From IMG/VR virus record IMGVR_UViG_3300036761_001135, positions 104,689-168,688 of that record: a stretch of 64,000 nucleotides of DNA. The stretch is one strand, 5' to 3'. The stretch's first letter is position 1; every line of letters starts with the position of its first letter. Below the pieces are notes generated by a model, which saw only the letters and a program-made list of their open reading frames with translations, was not told the origin of the DNA and did not search any database. Origin of the DNA: a virus. Position numbers and translations under genes: made by a program. Below, one piece after another: positions 47,529 to 56,178 of this stretch.

Positions 47529-47753
47529 ATGAGCACGTCTATCGCAGACTACTTTAAGCTGTTGACCGATCACGACTGGACCTATCAGCACGCAGACGAA
47601 TTCCGCGCATGGGTGAAGGGTGCGGAGGAGCGCCGCCGCCTGGAGTATCTAGCTTTGGGTAGTGAACAACGAGCGTCCCTCTACATAGCGTTCCGGGACT
47701 TCCACGCGGGGCTCAAGACGCAGCTCCCTACCTGCCCAGAGGAGGAGACATGA
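47529..47753 (+). CDS. Small phage protein (HDW.Y..AD motif)
   Basis: GGAG RBS. Confidence 0.7.
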   Translation: MSTSIADYFKLLTDHDWTYQHADEFRAWVKGAEERRRLEYLALGSEQRASLYIAFRDFHAGLKTQLPTCPEEET

Positions 47754-47992
47754 CGACGGAAGAACAGGCGTGTACGCGATCTAGCCTGCTGGCTGCGGTG
47801 ACCAAGGTGGTGGACGTCCTGCACCTGACAGATCCATACGCGATCCCGCCCATTGCGGTGGAGGCCGTGTACTTTCGTTTGGGGGACGTAGTGCAGTGGC
47901 CTCCAAGCCAAGGAGAAGTGCGTCACGCCATAGCGCTACGGATCGCGGAGATCCACCCGAGTAATCCAGTTGCGGAACACCTGCCGTTTTAG
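47750..47992 (+). CDS. Hypothetical protein
   Basis: GGAGG RBS, ATGA coupling. Confidence 0.65.
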   Translation: MTTEEQACTRSSLLAAVTKVVDVLHLTDPYAIPPIAVEAVYFRLGDVVQWPPSQGEVRHAIALRIAEIHPSNPVAEHLPF

Positions 47993-48011
47993 TTGTGAGG
48001 ATGGGGGAAAT

Positions 48012-48071
48012 AAAAAAAGCGACGCGCCAAGCTCAGTGTGGGGGGGACACCGGGGGTGCTCGGCGCATCGC
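48012..48071 (-). terminator. Minus-strand intrinsic terminator
   Basis: 14-bp stem whose two G-U pairs form only on the minus strand, followed by T7. Confidence 0.6.
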
Positions 48072-48123
48072 AGGGGAAAAAGCTATCATCGCTTTTATCG
48101 AAAATCAAATTGAATTTGCGACG

Positions 48124-48137
48124 CGAACCCGGGTTCG
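48124..48137. repeat. Dispersed palindrome copy 10
   Basis: CGAACCCGGGTTCG with extended arms (CGACG / TGTCG). Confidence 0.9.
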
Positions 48138-48553
48138 TGTCGATTTTACCATGTGCAACGTCTTCGATATTTTATATGTGGTATTTAGCAACAGGTGATG
48201 TCTTTTGTAATTTCATGGAGTTACAGTACGATGTCGCTATTTGCTTGACACGACATTTGGATCAGGGCACATGGGGGGAGGCGAGCGCAGCGAGACGGGG
48301 GGCAGGCGCGGATCCGAAGCTCTGAACGAAGCCGTCACCAACCCCGAATCCCCACATGCTTTTTTGATGTCTGAATCTTCAGAGCTGCGATTCACCGCCC
48401 CCCGGAAGGGGGGACGGCGCTGACCGCAGGGAAGCGCCGGGGGGGATCGATGGTTCTTGGGTTTAAGTAGAGATCCATTCAAAAAAACAGGTATCGGAAA
48501 AAACCAACAAAAGTCCACTGGTTAGGTACACATTTAAATAGGCACAGATAACA

Positions 48554-48584
48554 GTTTGTCAACAGTTGAGTTTTGTTGACAAAC
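48554..48584. promoter_or_regulatory. Back-to-back TTGACAAAC elements (divergent -35 boxes)
   Basis: GTTTGTCAACA-9-TGTTGACAAAC inverted repeat; a third copy at 48620. Confidence 0.55.
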
Positions 48585-48669
48585 GACATGCGTTTTTCGG
48601 TTTGGCGCGTTTTGATCGGTTGACAAACGTGCATGAGCAGATCAACGTGTGGCTGGTTTTTGTGGCAGG

Positions 48670-48683
48670 CGAACCTGGGTTCG
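48670..48683. repeat. Dispersed palindrome copy 11
   Basis: CGAACCTGGGTTCG upstream of the BRO gene. Confidence 0.9.
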
Positions 48684-48759
48684 TGTCTGTGGGTATTTGG
48701 AGTTGATGCGGTTCGTGGTGAGCCGCGTGGATTGATGGCTGAACAGATGGAGGTGATCG

Positions 48760-49635
48760 ATGGAAGAGAGTCAGTTGGTACAGGCGTTTGAGTTTGATGG
48801 TCATCGGGTGCGTGTGCAGATGTTCGATGGGGAGCCCTGGTGGGTGGCTTCTAACGTGTTGGTGGCGCTTGGGCATAATGACAACGTCGATGTTCTGAGT
48901 GCCTTGGCGGAGGTGCCATACGAGTGGAAGGGTAATAAGCCGTTTGCGCTTCTTTTCGGAGTGGATGAACTTCCAGCGCTTTCCGAGCATGGTCTTTACG
49001 TCCTTTTGGCTCGGAGCATTATGCCGGCGGCTATCCCGTTTCATAAGTGGATTGCCAGTGAAGTGTTGCCACAGATTCGGAAGACGGGTCGGTACAGTGA
49101 TTCGAAGACCCCGGTCGAGTCTCTTTTGGACGCTGTGCAGAACCTCGTGGATCACGAGCGTCGTATGCGGGAGCTGGAAGCCGAGCACTTTCGGGTTAGG
49201 TCTGCCCAGCAGGTCATTGCGAAGCGAGTAGGTGACTTGGCACGTCGTGCGGCAGAGGGTGCTGCGATGATCCTAGCGCCACCGGAGCAGGCTGAGGAGC
49301 TGGCAGTGGAGCCTGTCAAGGAGCCGGTAGTGGATCCTCCCGTGCTTGGTGTGTGTGAGGTGCCATTGAGGGAGCGTATTAATCAGATTGTCCAGAGGTA
49401 CATTGATGCTCGCGGGCTCAGCAATGAGGAAGCAGGGATGGTCTGGAGTAAATTGTATAGTGAGTTTCGAACGCGGCATGGAATCGATCTAGTTCGAAGG
49501 GCTAAGAACCGAGGACACAAGGTTTCTGGGTTAGATATCGTCGAGGAATTAGACAGAGTGAAATATCCGGGATCTTTTTCGGATCTTTACATTGTGTCTC
49601 GTGATTTGTACGGATTTCGTGCAGATTCCAAGTAA
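48760..49635 (+). CDS. BRO-N domain protein (antirepressor-like)
   Basis: FEFDGHRVRV..GEPWWVA..LSEHGLY..RS..A..F.KWI..EVLPQIRKTGRY. Confidence 0.9.
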   Translation: MEESQLVQAFEFDGHRVRVQMFDGEPWWVASNVLVALGHNDNVDVLSALAEVPYEWKGNKPFALLFGVDELPALSEHGLYVLLARSIMPAAIPFHKWIASEVLPQIRKTGRYSDSKTPVESLLDAVQNLVDHERRMRELEAEHFRVRSAQQVIAKRVGDLARRAAEGAAMILAPPEQAEELAVEPVKEPVVDPPVLGVCEVPLRERINQIVQRYIDARGLSNEEAGMVWSKLYSEFRTRHGIDLVRRAKNRGHKVSGLDIVEELDRVKYPGSFSDLYIVSRDLYGFRADSK

Positions 49636-49797
49636 TCAGCAGCGGATTTTCGTATGTGCGTTTGATACTGGTGAATCTCCATGTGGCGGATTGTGATTCG
49701 TGAGGATTTCTTGCTGATTTTAACGAATTAGCAACGGATTTCTATATGTGATTTTGCTGTTGTGGTAGGGTTCTAAATCGGTCGGTTACCCAACGGT

Positions 49798-49833
49798 GCC
49801 TCGGCGCAATGGTGCGCCGGGGCTTTTTATTTT
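49798..49833 (+). terminator. Intrinsic terminator
   Basis: GCCTCGGCGCA-ATGG-TGCGCCGGGGC followed by TTTTTATTTT. Confidence 0.75.
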
Positions 49834-49914
49834 ACGGGGTAGTTTCGTGGCATTAGACGAAGGGGAATTGATCGGTTGAACAACCTTGTTGGCAGGTGAT
49901 ATAGAAGCGTGGGC

Positions 49915-49953
49915 AAAAAAAAAGGCCGTCCAGTGAGGCAAACCGGACGGCCT
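49915..49953 (-). terminator. Minus-strand intrinsic terminator
   Basis: AGGCCGTCC / GGACGGCCT stem with a 5' A-run on the plus strand. Confidence 0.65.
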
Positions 49954-49975
49954 AAAACGAAAGGACGTGACGTGC

Positions 49976-51427
49976 ATGGATAGCAATGGAACCAGTTTGA
50001 GGCAAGAGGGAACGAACAAGGGCAGTGCGAAACTGGCGGAGCGGATCGTCGATACGTTGAATCTGGGACAGTACGGCGTCACGTACCGTGTGGAGGACGG
50101 CCAGCGGTGGTGGAATTTACGGGAGATGTTGCGACACCTCGGATACACGCTCGATTACAATCCTCCGCATGTGGAGGTGGTCCACAAGCGGTTCTTTACC
50201 ATCGAGACAAGCAGGGGCCAGCAGTCCCGTGTTTACCTGTCTGATTCCGGCATGATCCGGTTCCTGGTGCGGTCAGACAAGAAGAGTGCCCAGTCATTCC
50301 GCTACCAGATCGCGGAAGCCCAGGTGGTCGTCCCGCAGGTACCAGTCGAGCCAGCTCCGCAGGCACAGCCGAGATCCGTCCCACAGGAGCCCGCTGCACC
50401 AGCAGCGCCACGGGTAGCCGAATCTGAGAGGGTACTCGATCCCGTCGATTTCCATGGGCAGAGACTGACCCTCGTGGATCGGAGGGGCGAACCCTACGTG
50501 GCGATGCGGCCGATTGTCGAGGGTATGGGGTTGGACTGGAAGGGCCAGCATGCGAAATTGACCAGTGAAACGAGTCGTTTCTGCGTGGAGATGATCACCA
50601 TGCAGCTTTTTGGGGATTCGCAAGTGCGCGAATTTACTTGTATCCCATTGCAAAAGCTGGCTGGGTGGTTGATGACCTTGCAACCGTCGCGGATGGATAT
50701 GTTCATGGCCGACAAGGTGCGCATGTACCAGAATGAGTGCGACACCGCCCTTTGGAACTACTGGACGAGGGGGGCGGCTGTGAATCCGCGTGCGCAGGTC
50801 TCGGATGACCCGACGAAGATGGGGTTGCCGGACTTTCGCGATCCGCGTGCGGCTGCCGTGGGGTGGATCGAGCAATACGACCGGGCGGTGGCGGCAGAGC
50901 TGGAGGCGCGAGCGGCCAAGGAGCGAGCGCACCTCCTCGCGGCCAAGATGGCGGAGGACGCCCCATTGGTGGACTTCGCGGAGCGCGTGGAAGCCTCCCC
51001 GACGACGCATCTGGTGGGGGCCGTGGCCAAGATGATCCAGCAGGGCACGGGGCTGTCGATGGGGCAGAACCGGCTGTTCGAGTGGTTGCGCGAGAACCGC
51101 TACCTGCATCAGACGGGGAGCCGCACGAATCAGCCGACCCAGCGCAGCCTGGACCAGGGCTGGTTCATGTTGCAGGTGAGAAACGTGGACATCGGGCACG
51201 AGACCCGCGTGAAGTACACGACTCGCGTCACGGGCAAGGGGCTCATGCACTTCTACGAGCAGTTCTACCGGACGGCCATCGAGCTGGGGCTCAAGCCGCG
51301 AGTGCGACCGGAGCTGGTTACGTCGGCGGAGGTGTTGCGCCAACTGCCACTTTGGGCCGACGAGGACAGCGACCGAGTGGACGAGGATCTGATCAAGGAG
51401 GCCAAGCGGCTGGATCCGAAGCCCTAG
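49976..51427 (+). CDS. Multidomain antirepressor: BRO-like + P22_AR_N + ANT/KilAC
   Basis: VDFHGQ.L..EPYVAMRPIVEGMGLDW..YQNECD.ALW.YW; P.VDFA..MGQNRLFEWLR..PTQ..VTGKG; GAAAGGA RBS favours ATG 49976. Confidence 0.9.
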   Translation: MDSNGTSLRQEGTNKGSAKLAERIVDTLNLGQYGVTYRVEDGQRWWNLREMLRHLGYTLDYNPPHVEVVHKRFFTIETSRGQQSRVYLSDSGMIRFLVRSDKKSAQSFRYQIAEAQVVVPQVPVEPAPQAQPRSVPQEPAAPAAPRVAESERVLDPVDFHGQRLTLVDRRGEPYVAMRPIVEGMGLDWKGQHAKLTSETSRFCVEMITMQLFGDSQVREFTCIPLQKLAGWLMTLQPSRMDMFMADKVRMYQNECDTALWNYWTRGAAVNPRAQVSDDPTKMGLPDFRDPRAAAVGWIEQYDRAVAAELEARAAKERAHLLAAKMAEDAPLVDFAERVEASPTTHLVGAVAKMIQQGTGLSMGQNRLFEWLRENRYLHQTGSRTNQPTQRSLDQGWFMLQVRNVDIGHETRVKYTTRVTGKGLMHFYEQFYRTAIELGLKPRVRPELVTSAEVLRQLPLWADEDSDRVDEDLIKEAKRLDPKP

Positions 51428-51464
51428 CAGACGTCTGGAAGTCTGGAAGTCTGTGGTCGGAACG

Positions 51465-51478
51465 CGAACCCGGGTTCG
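51465..51478. repeat. Dispersed palindrome copy 12
   Basis: CGAACCCGGGTTCG next to a -35 box. Confidence 0.9.
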
Positions 51479-51482
51479 TTTG

Positions 51483-51511
51483 TTGACAAACGCGGATCGG
51501 GTGGCTAGATT
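51483..51511 (+). promoter_or_regulatory. sigma70-type promoter
   Basis: TTGACA-17-TAGATT, 4 bp after a palindrome copy. Confidence 0.8.
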
Positions 51512-51547
51512 GAGAGGCAAGATGGCGGGCGCGATGCTCGCCGGGAG

Positions 51548-51838
51548 GTGTCCATGGAAATCAAGAAGCTCAACCGCGTTGATGACGAACCTTTGCGCCA
51601 AGCGATCCTAGACGAGATCATGCAGGCGATCACGGTCCGCGTGGTCGCTGGGGTGGTCCATCTTGAGTCCCTGCGTGGTCTGGCCACGGTGGCGACTGCT
51701 GGCAGCATCGTGACCATAGAGTACCGGGGCAAGGCGTCGGGGGTGGCGTACCAGTTTTGGATGGACAAGGAACATGCTTCCGTTCGGGCGCTCGGGGCGC
51801 AGTTGCGTCGCCTCCGGGACGCGCAGCGGGCGGCGTAG
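51548..51838 (+). CDS. Hypothetical protein
   Basis: GGAGG RBS; start at 51548 or 51554. Confidence 0.7.
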   Translation: MSMEIKKLNRVDDEPLRQAILDEIMQAITVRVVAGVVHLESLRGLATVATAGSIVTIEYRGKASGVAYQFWMDKEHASVRALGAQLRRLRDAQRAA

Positions 51839-51848
51839 AAAGGCAACT

Positions 51849-52136
51849 ATGATGAACCCAAACAATTTGAAGGGACCGCTTGTTCACCTCAACGGAACGA
51901 GCGCGGGTGAGCTGGATGAGCAGATGCGTGCGTGCCGTGACACGCTGCGGGCTGCTTTGTTCGCATTGCACCTCGCCGCGCCCAACGCGAGGGACTACTA
52001 TCCTCTTGGCGACAATGCGTTCGCGGAGGCGCAGGCCCGTCATGCGAGCCGAATCATGGCGATGAGGGCCGTTTACAATGAATGCTGTGCGATTTTTATA
52101 GAGATCGTCGAACAGAAAGAATCTAGGGCGCGGTGA
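51849..52136 (+). CDS. Small phage protein (HLNGTS..PNARDYY motif)
   Basis: AAAGG RBS. Confidence 0.75.
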   Translation: MMNPNNLKGPLVHLNGTSAGELDEQMRACRDTLRAALFALHLAAPNARDYYPLGDNAFAEAQARHASRIMAMRAVYNECCAIFIEIVEQKESRAR

Positions 52137-52184
52137 AGGATGGCGTTACACTGTACTGGGGAGGGGGTGTAGGAAGGATAGGAG

Positions 52185-52379
52185 ATGGAGACGGGGAAGG
52201 GTGGCCGCGAGCTAGAAACCTGTGAGATGAATTTACTTTGGTTTCGCCTACGGGGTCGGAAGGTGCTCAACCATTACGACGTGCAGATGTGCGTGCGCCA
52301 GGCAGAGCGCGCACGGATGGACCAGAACAGCTTGGCTTTTTGGGATGAGATCAGCGGCATAGAATTGACAGACGGTTGA
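52185..52379 (+). CDS. Hypothetical protein
   Basis: AAGGA RBS. Confidence 0.5.
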   Translation: METGKGGRELETCEMNLLWFRLRGRKVLNHYDVQMCVRQAERARMDQNSLAFWDEISGIELTDG

Positions 52380-52405
52380 CAAACGCTTGAATGGCTGGGA
52401 ATACT
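52376..52405 (+). promoter_or_regulatory. sigma70-type promoter
   Basis: TTGACA-18-AATACT. Confidence 0.55.
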
Positions 52406-52421
52406 CTCCGCAGGAGGGACT

Positions 52422-53039
52422 TTGGAAAATTCAGATGTTTTTTGTACCCCGGGCGTAGGCGTTTTCACTGTCAATGCGAATGACGTAGTAGACGAGGCCC
52501 GCCTGCGGCAGGAATGGCAAACTCCGCGCGTGTTCTTGGCGGCTCTAGCGCGTGAGTTCTGCATCGACATTGATGTCGCGTCGAGTGACGACAACGCCGT
52601 GGTTCCTCGCCATATCACCTGGGAACAAGATGGGCTGGTACAGTCGTGGTTTGCACAGGCACCAGAGGACGTTCGTGGTCGCCCTCGCGTGGCATGGTGC
52701 AACCCTGGCTTCAAGGATCTTGGCGCGTGGATGTCGAAGGCCGTGCGTGAGGTGGACGCTCATCCGGGGTGCGTAGCGCTTGTCATGGGCACGGCAGCAC
52801 CATCTACGGCCTGGTGGGCGCGAGCGATTGCGGCGGGTGCAGAGATCCGTCTGCTTGCTCCGCGTGTGCAGTTCATGGCCCCTCCGGGTATCAAGCAGTC
52901 GAGCAATGCGCGAGAGAACGCGCTGGTCATCATTCGGAGCCAAGTGGGCGGCAACTCGATCCTTCGAGAGCGTCGTTCTCATATTTGGACATGGCGGTGG
53001 GATGCAGAGGCAGTTCTCACCAATGGAGAAGAGTCATGA
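52422..53039 (+). CDS. Phage DNA N6-adenine methyltransferase (Dam-like)
   Basis: EWQTP..F.ID.DVA....NA..DGL..SW..WCNPGF..W..KA. Confidence 0.85.
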   Translation: MENSDVFCTPGVGVFTVNANDVVDEARLRQEWQTPRVFLAALAREFCIDIDVASSDDNAVVPRHITWEQDGLVQSWFAQAPEDVRGRPRVAWCNPGFKDLGAWMSKAVREVDAHPGCVALVMGTAAPSTAWWARAIAAGAEIRLLAPRVQFMAPPGIKQSSNARENALVIIRSQVGGNSILRERRSHIWTWRWDAEAVLTNGEES

Positions 53040-53395
53040 AAGAGTTGATCATCAGCGGTGGAAGTGACGACCTGATCGAAATCGGTGGGTGCATCTCGGA
53101 CGAATTCGCAGCCAACGTCGGATCGCAGGAGGAGCTTGGCGAGGTGATCGACATGTACGTTGGATGCAAGCAGGTGGCCTGCGTCCACTGCTTCTACGAC
53201 GGCTGCTGGTTTTTCGGGTTCGTCGGGACGGACGACACCGAGGACGGTGACCGCGTGACCATGCCGGAGGGTTGGAAAGTTGAGGTGCGTGCGTGTGGCG
53301 ACCGAGAGGGTGGCATCGCTCCGTACTCCATGAGCGTTCACATCTTCATGCCAGACGACTGCGATGTCAGCGTGGTGCAGCGCCAGGCAGATTAG
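53036..53395 (+). CDS. Acidic phage protein (G.SDDLIE motif)
   Basis: ATGA coupling. Confidence 0.75.
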   Translation: MKELIISGGSDDLIEIGGCISDEFAANVGSQEELGEVIDMYVGCKQVACVHCFYDGCWFFGFVGTDDTEDGDRVTMPEGWKVEVRACGDREGGIAPYSMSVHIFMPDDCDVSVVQRQAD

Positions 53396-53396
53396 G

Positions 53397-53660
53397 ATGC
53401 CCGAGCACCATCGTATGGCTCGCCTGTCGGCAGTGAAGCGCAACGAGCGCGACCGACTGGTTCAGCAGATCTTGGATGCGTCGAAGGCGCTGTACGAATA
53501 CAAGCTGCTTCGCAATTGCGATCTTGTCGTGGACCAAGACGACCTCGGACCAACGGAAGCGCGCACTGGAAACCCGACTGACAATATGTTCTATTCGAAT
53601 AATCGGAGCTGCGACGTGCGCGTTAGTGTCACATTGGTGGTGCGCGCCATAGATCGCTGA
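53397..53660 (+). CDS. Hypothetical protein
   Basis: Fills the gap in the operon. Confidence 0.55.
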   Translation: MPEHHRMARLSAVKRNERDRLVQQILDASKALYEYKLLRNCDLVVDQDDLGPTEARTGNPTDNMFYSNNRSCDVRVSVTLVVRAIDR

Positions 53661-53665
53661 ACACC

Positions 53666-54040
53666 ATGGACGAAGACAACATCATCACGTTGAGAGACAT
53701 CAAGGACCAAATCCGGGCGCGAGAAGAGGAGCTGGAGAAACTTCATGGGGAACTAGATGCGCAGCATGTTGCAGGAAGAATCCAGGCTCGTGAGGAGGCG
53801 CTCGAACGGCTGTGCATAGCGCTCCAATATTTGCAAAACTCGATGGCCGAGGTGAAGGCCACGCGGGCTCGATTGGATATGGAGCGGGGGATTATGATGC
53901 GCGAGTTGCGGGAGTCCCGTGCGCGAGCTGAAGAGCTGGACGCAGAGCTGCGGAGCGTGCGGTTGGCCCACCGAGAAGTTGAACGACAGATGGAATCCGA
54001 TGACGACGACACTGACCCAACGCCTTCGGGCGCTCGCTGA
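53666..54040 (+). CDS. Coiled-coil protein
   Basis: 124 aa, heptad-rich. Confidence 0.7.
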   Translation: MDEDNIITLRDIKDQIRAREEELEKLHGELDAQHVAGRIQAREEALERLCIALQYLQNSMAEVKATRARLDMERGIMMRELRESRARAEELDAELRSVRLAHREVERQMESDDDDTDPTPSGAR

Positions 54041-54452
54041 ACACCCCTCCACCCCGCCCGAGGAGCGCGACAATGCCATGCGGCGATTGGCAGAGCTGGG
54101 GGCCAAGTCGCCACCACCGTCGCCGGCTGCACCAACAGTGCGCGAGAAGCTGGGACGTGTCCGGGCGAGGCCCGTGGTCCGAGTGCTTCCAGTGCGCTGG
54201 CCCTTCGGCTGGGAAGGTCCGCGACTTCCTGTGGAGCGCGAGATCGGAAGCGATGGGCGCGGCGGGATCGCCGTGGGCTGGAAGTGCCCGGCTTGCGGTG
54301 GACAAGTCGAGCGGCGTCTGTCGCGTGCGGATCTCACTCGCATGTCGCCACCTGGACGAAAGAGCAGTGTTGAGTCGCAGATCACTCACATGGTAGATGG
54401 GACGATGAACCAGCTCTGCATGACGTGCTGGGATCGTTGGGAAGCGCTCTGA
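54000..54452 (+). CDS. DUF2786-like N-terminus plus Zn finger
   Basis: LRALAEHPSTPPEERDNA..L; CPAC..CMTC. Confidence 0.6.
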   Translation: MTTTLTQRLRALAEHPSTPPEERDNAMRRLAELGAKSPPPSPAAPTVREKLGRVRARPVVRVLPVRWPFGWEGPRLPVEREIGSDGRGGIAVGWKCPACGGQVERRLSRADLTRMSPPGRKSSVESQITHMVDGTMNQLCMTCWDRWEAL

Positions 54453-54454
54453 CA

Positions 54455-54468
54455 CGAACCTGGGTTCG
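54455..54468. repeat. Dispersed palindrome copy 13
   Basis: CGAACCTGGGTTCG 15 bp upstream of a -35 box. Confidence 0.9.
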
Positions 54469-54483
54469 CGTGTCGATTCACGG

Positions 54484-54511
54484 TTGACAAACGCGACAGG
54501 CTGGTTAAATT
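54484..54511 (+). promoter_or_regulatory. sigma70-type promoter
   Basis: TTGACA-16-TAAATT. Confidence 0.75.
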
Positions 54512-54565
54512 CATAGGCGAGGGCGAGATGCCTGGCAACGGATGCCGGGTGCCCAAGGAGGAACC

Positions 54566-54988
54566 ATGTACCTTCATTCCTGCAAGCCGAACTCGAAGCG
54601 CGATGCCAGCAAGGACCGCAACGGCCAGAGCAATATCGTGGCACTCTTCCGCCGCACGCGGAAGGGCCAGAAGCAGATCGCTTCCGGCCAAGAGCTTGGC
54701 GTGGAAGGCGTGAACGGATCGGACTACTACGAGATCCGCATCGGAGTAGACGGAGTGCTCTACTGCTCGTGCCCGGATTACAAGTTTCGGGGTCACCGCT
54801 GGAACCGAGAGCACGCGAGCCACTACGCGTGCAAGCACATCGTCGTGGCGCTCGAACACTTCGCCACGATGGCCCAGCGCGGCGTGGCCATGGACAGCGA
54901 GATGATCGTCTATCGTCCCGAAGTGCTTGTCGCCGAGGCCGCTCGCCTCTCCGCCGCCGCCGCCGCCGCTTCAGAGAGGACCGCATGA
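54566..54988 (+). CDS. SWIM zinc-finger protein
   Basis: YEI..YCSCPDY.FR..CKHI; AAGGAGG RBS. Confidence 0.85.
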   Translation: MYLHSCKPNSKRDASKDRNGQSNIVALFRRTRKGQKQIASGQELGVEGVNGSDYYEIRIGVDGVLYCSCPDYKFRGHRWNREHASHYACKHIVVALEHFATMAQRGVAMDSEMIVYRPEVLVAEAARLSAAAAAASERTA

Positions 54989-55140
54989 AAAAGCGCGGAG
55001 ATGCGGAGCGGGCCGCCAAACCCGCGCCTGTGACACGGCTGCCACGTCGCACGAGCCCTCGCCAACTGGCATCGCAGGCAGCTCGCCAGACGGCTGCCTT
55101 GGAGGCTGCCAGGGCGCTGCTTGAGGAGGTCAACCGATGA
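54985..55140 (+). CDS. Small basic protein
   Basis: ATGA coupling on both sides. Confidence 0.55.
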   Translation: MKKRGDAERAAKPAPVTRLPRRTSPRQLASQAARQTAALEAARALLEEVNR

Positions 55141-55559
55141 CCGGGCCAGAGCGCTGCCCCATTTGCGGGGATGCCCTTGAGGCGGGTAGGACCGTGGGGA
55201 TCGGGGGCTGGAAGGTCTGTACCCATCATTGGGTACGGATCATGCCCAGCAAGTACGCCTCGCGCTGCCATGAGTGCCTCGGTCCAATCCTGCCCGGCGA
55301 GGAGATCGTGTTGTCGAAGGACAATAAGGACTCGCGGTGGGTGGTGTTCCACCGGAAGGACCGCTGCGATGGTGCTATGCAGGTGGCTCCGAACGCGCCG
55401 AGTGGACCGTGGGCTGTCCTGTACCTCGTGCCAGGGGCTCCGCCCGAGGTCATCAAGGCTGTGTACCGGGCGCTCTCCCAGAAGTACCACCCTGATCGCG
55501 GCGGGGACGTGGTGAAGATGCAGGAACTCAACGCGGCGATGGCCGCGCTGATCAAGTAG
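55137..55559 (+). CDS. Zn-finger + J-domain protein
   Basis: PWAVL..A..IKAVYRAL..KYHPDRGG..MQELNAA. Confidence 0.9.
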   Translation: MTGPERCPICGDALEAGRTVGIGGWKVCTHHWVRIMPSKYASRCHECLGPILPGEEIVLSKDNKDSRWVVFHRKDRCDGAMQVAPNAPSGPWAVLYLVPGAPPEVIKAVYRALSQKYHPDRGGDVVKMQELNAAMAALIK

Positions 55560-55568
55560 GAGGCGAGG

Positions 55569-55814
55569 ATGAAGTGGACAACAGCGATGCCAAAAGAGGA
55601 GGGATGGTACTACTTGCGAAGCACGGAAAGCAAGGCTGTACCTGCCTTCCCGGCGCTGTGCAAGCGTGAAAAAGATGGGAGTTTTGCGTTGTATGTGGCT
55701 GGGGCGAAGGAGCCTTTTCGAACGGTCTTCTGTCTGCCCTATACGACGATGATCCCTGCCTTCCTTGTAGGAGAACGGATGGAAGACCATTTGAAAAGCG
55801 TCGTGGAGGTGTGA
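55569..55814 (+). CDS. Hypothetical protein
   Basis: MKWT..P.EEGWY motif; AGGAGG RBS. Confidence 0.7.
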   Translation: MKWTTAMPKEEGWYYLRSTESKAVPAFPALCKREKDGSFALYVAGAKEPFRTVFCLPYTTMIPAFLVGERMEDHLKSVVEV

Positions 55815-55816
55815 CA

Positions 55817-55954
55817 ATGGCGACGATGGAACATTTTTGCTCGAAGTGCGGCTGGTCAACCTGCAACAACAGCAGCGGGCCGTTCGTGTGCCCCAAGTGC
55901 GGGGAGGAGCTGGGTCACGCCAGCGATGATGATTATGAAGATGACGACGAATGA
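55817..55954 (+). CDS. Mini Zn-ribbon protein with acidic tail
   Basis: 45 aa, CSKCG..CPKCG..DDDYEDDDE; GGAGG RBS. Confidence 0.65.
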   Translation: MATMEHFCSKCGWSTCNNSSGPFVCPKCGEELGHASDDDYEDDDE

Positions 55955-55962
55955 GATGACAC

Positions 55963-56169
55963 ATGACGGATAGATACGCTATTGGTCATATGGTGAGACG
56001 GTGCGGTGACGGTGTCTATCGAGAGCTGGACCTGGACGACCGGAGCCTGGCCCCCATGTGTCGGCTGCGCGTGTGCGAGCAATGCGGGACTGAGTTTCGG
56101 GCGCGCACTCGCAATGGTCAGCGTTGCCCCCTGTGTGAGGATGTTGCGTCCATTTCCAGAGCGGGATAG
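55963..56169 (+). CDS. Small Zn-ribbon protein
   Basis: CEQCG.EF..RCPLC. Confidence 0.6.
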   Translation: MTDRYAIGHMVRRCGDGVYRELDLDDRSLAPMCRLRVCEQCGTEFRARTRNGQRCPLCEDVASISRAG

Positions 56170-56178
56170 CATTAGGAT

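Noticed and set aside
47995-48518. Short ORFs in the 48-kb intergenic region
   Set aside because: No good RBS, homopolymer-rich, atypical codon usage; better explained as non-coding
51433-51453. GTCTGGAA tandem repeat
   Set aside because: Only about 2.5 copies; probably slippage, with no evidence of function
53892-55964. 690-aa minus-strand ORF (likewise 9774-11234, 24523-25809, 34600-35817, 50294-51601 and 58334-59602)
   Set aside because: They lie opposite well-supported plus-strand genes with RBSs and motifs; typical stop-poor shadow frames in GC-rich DNA
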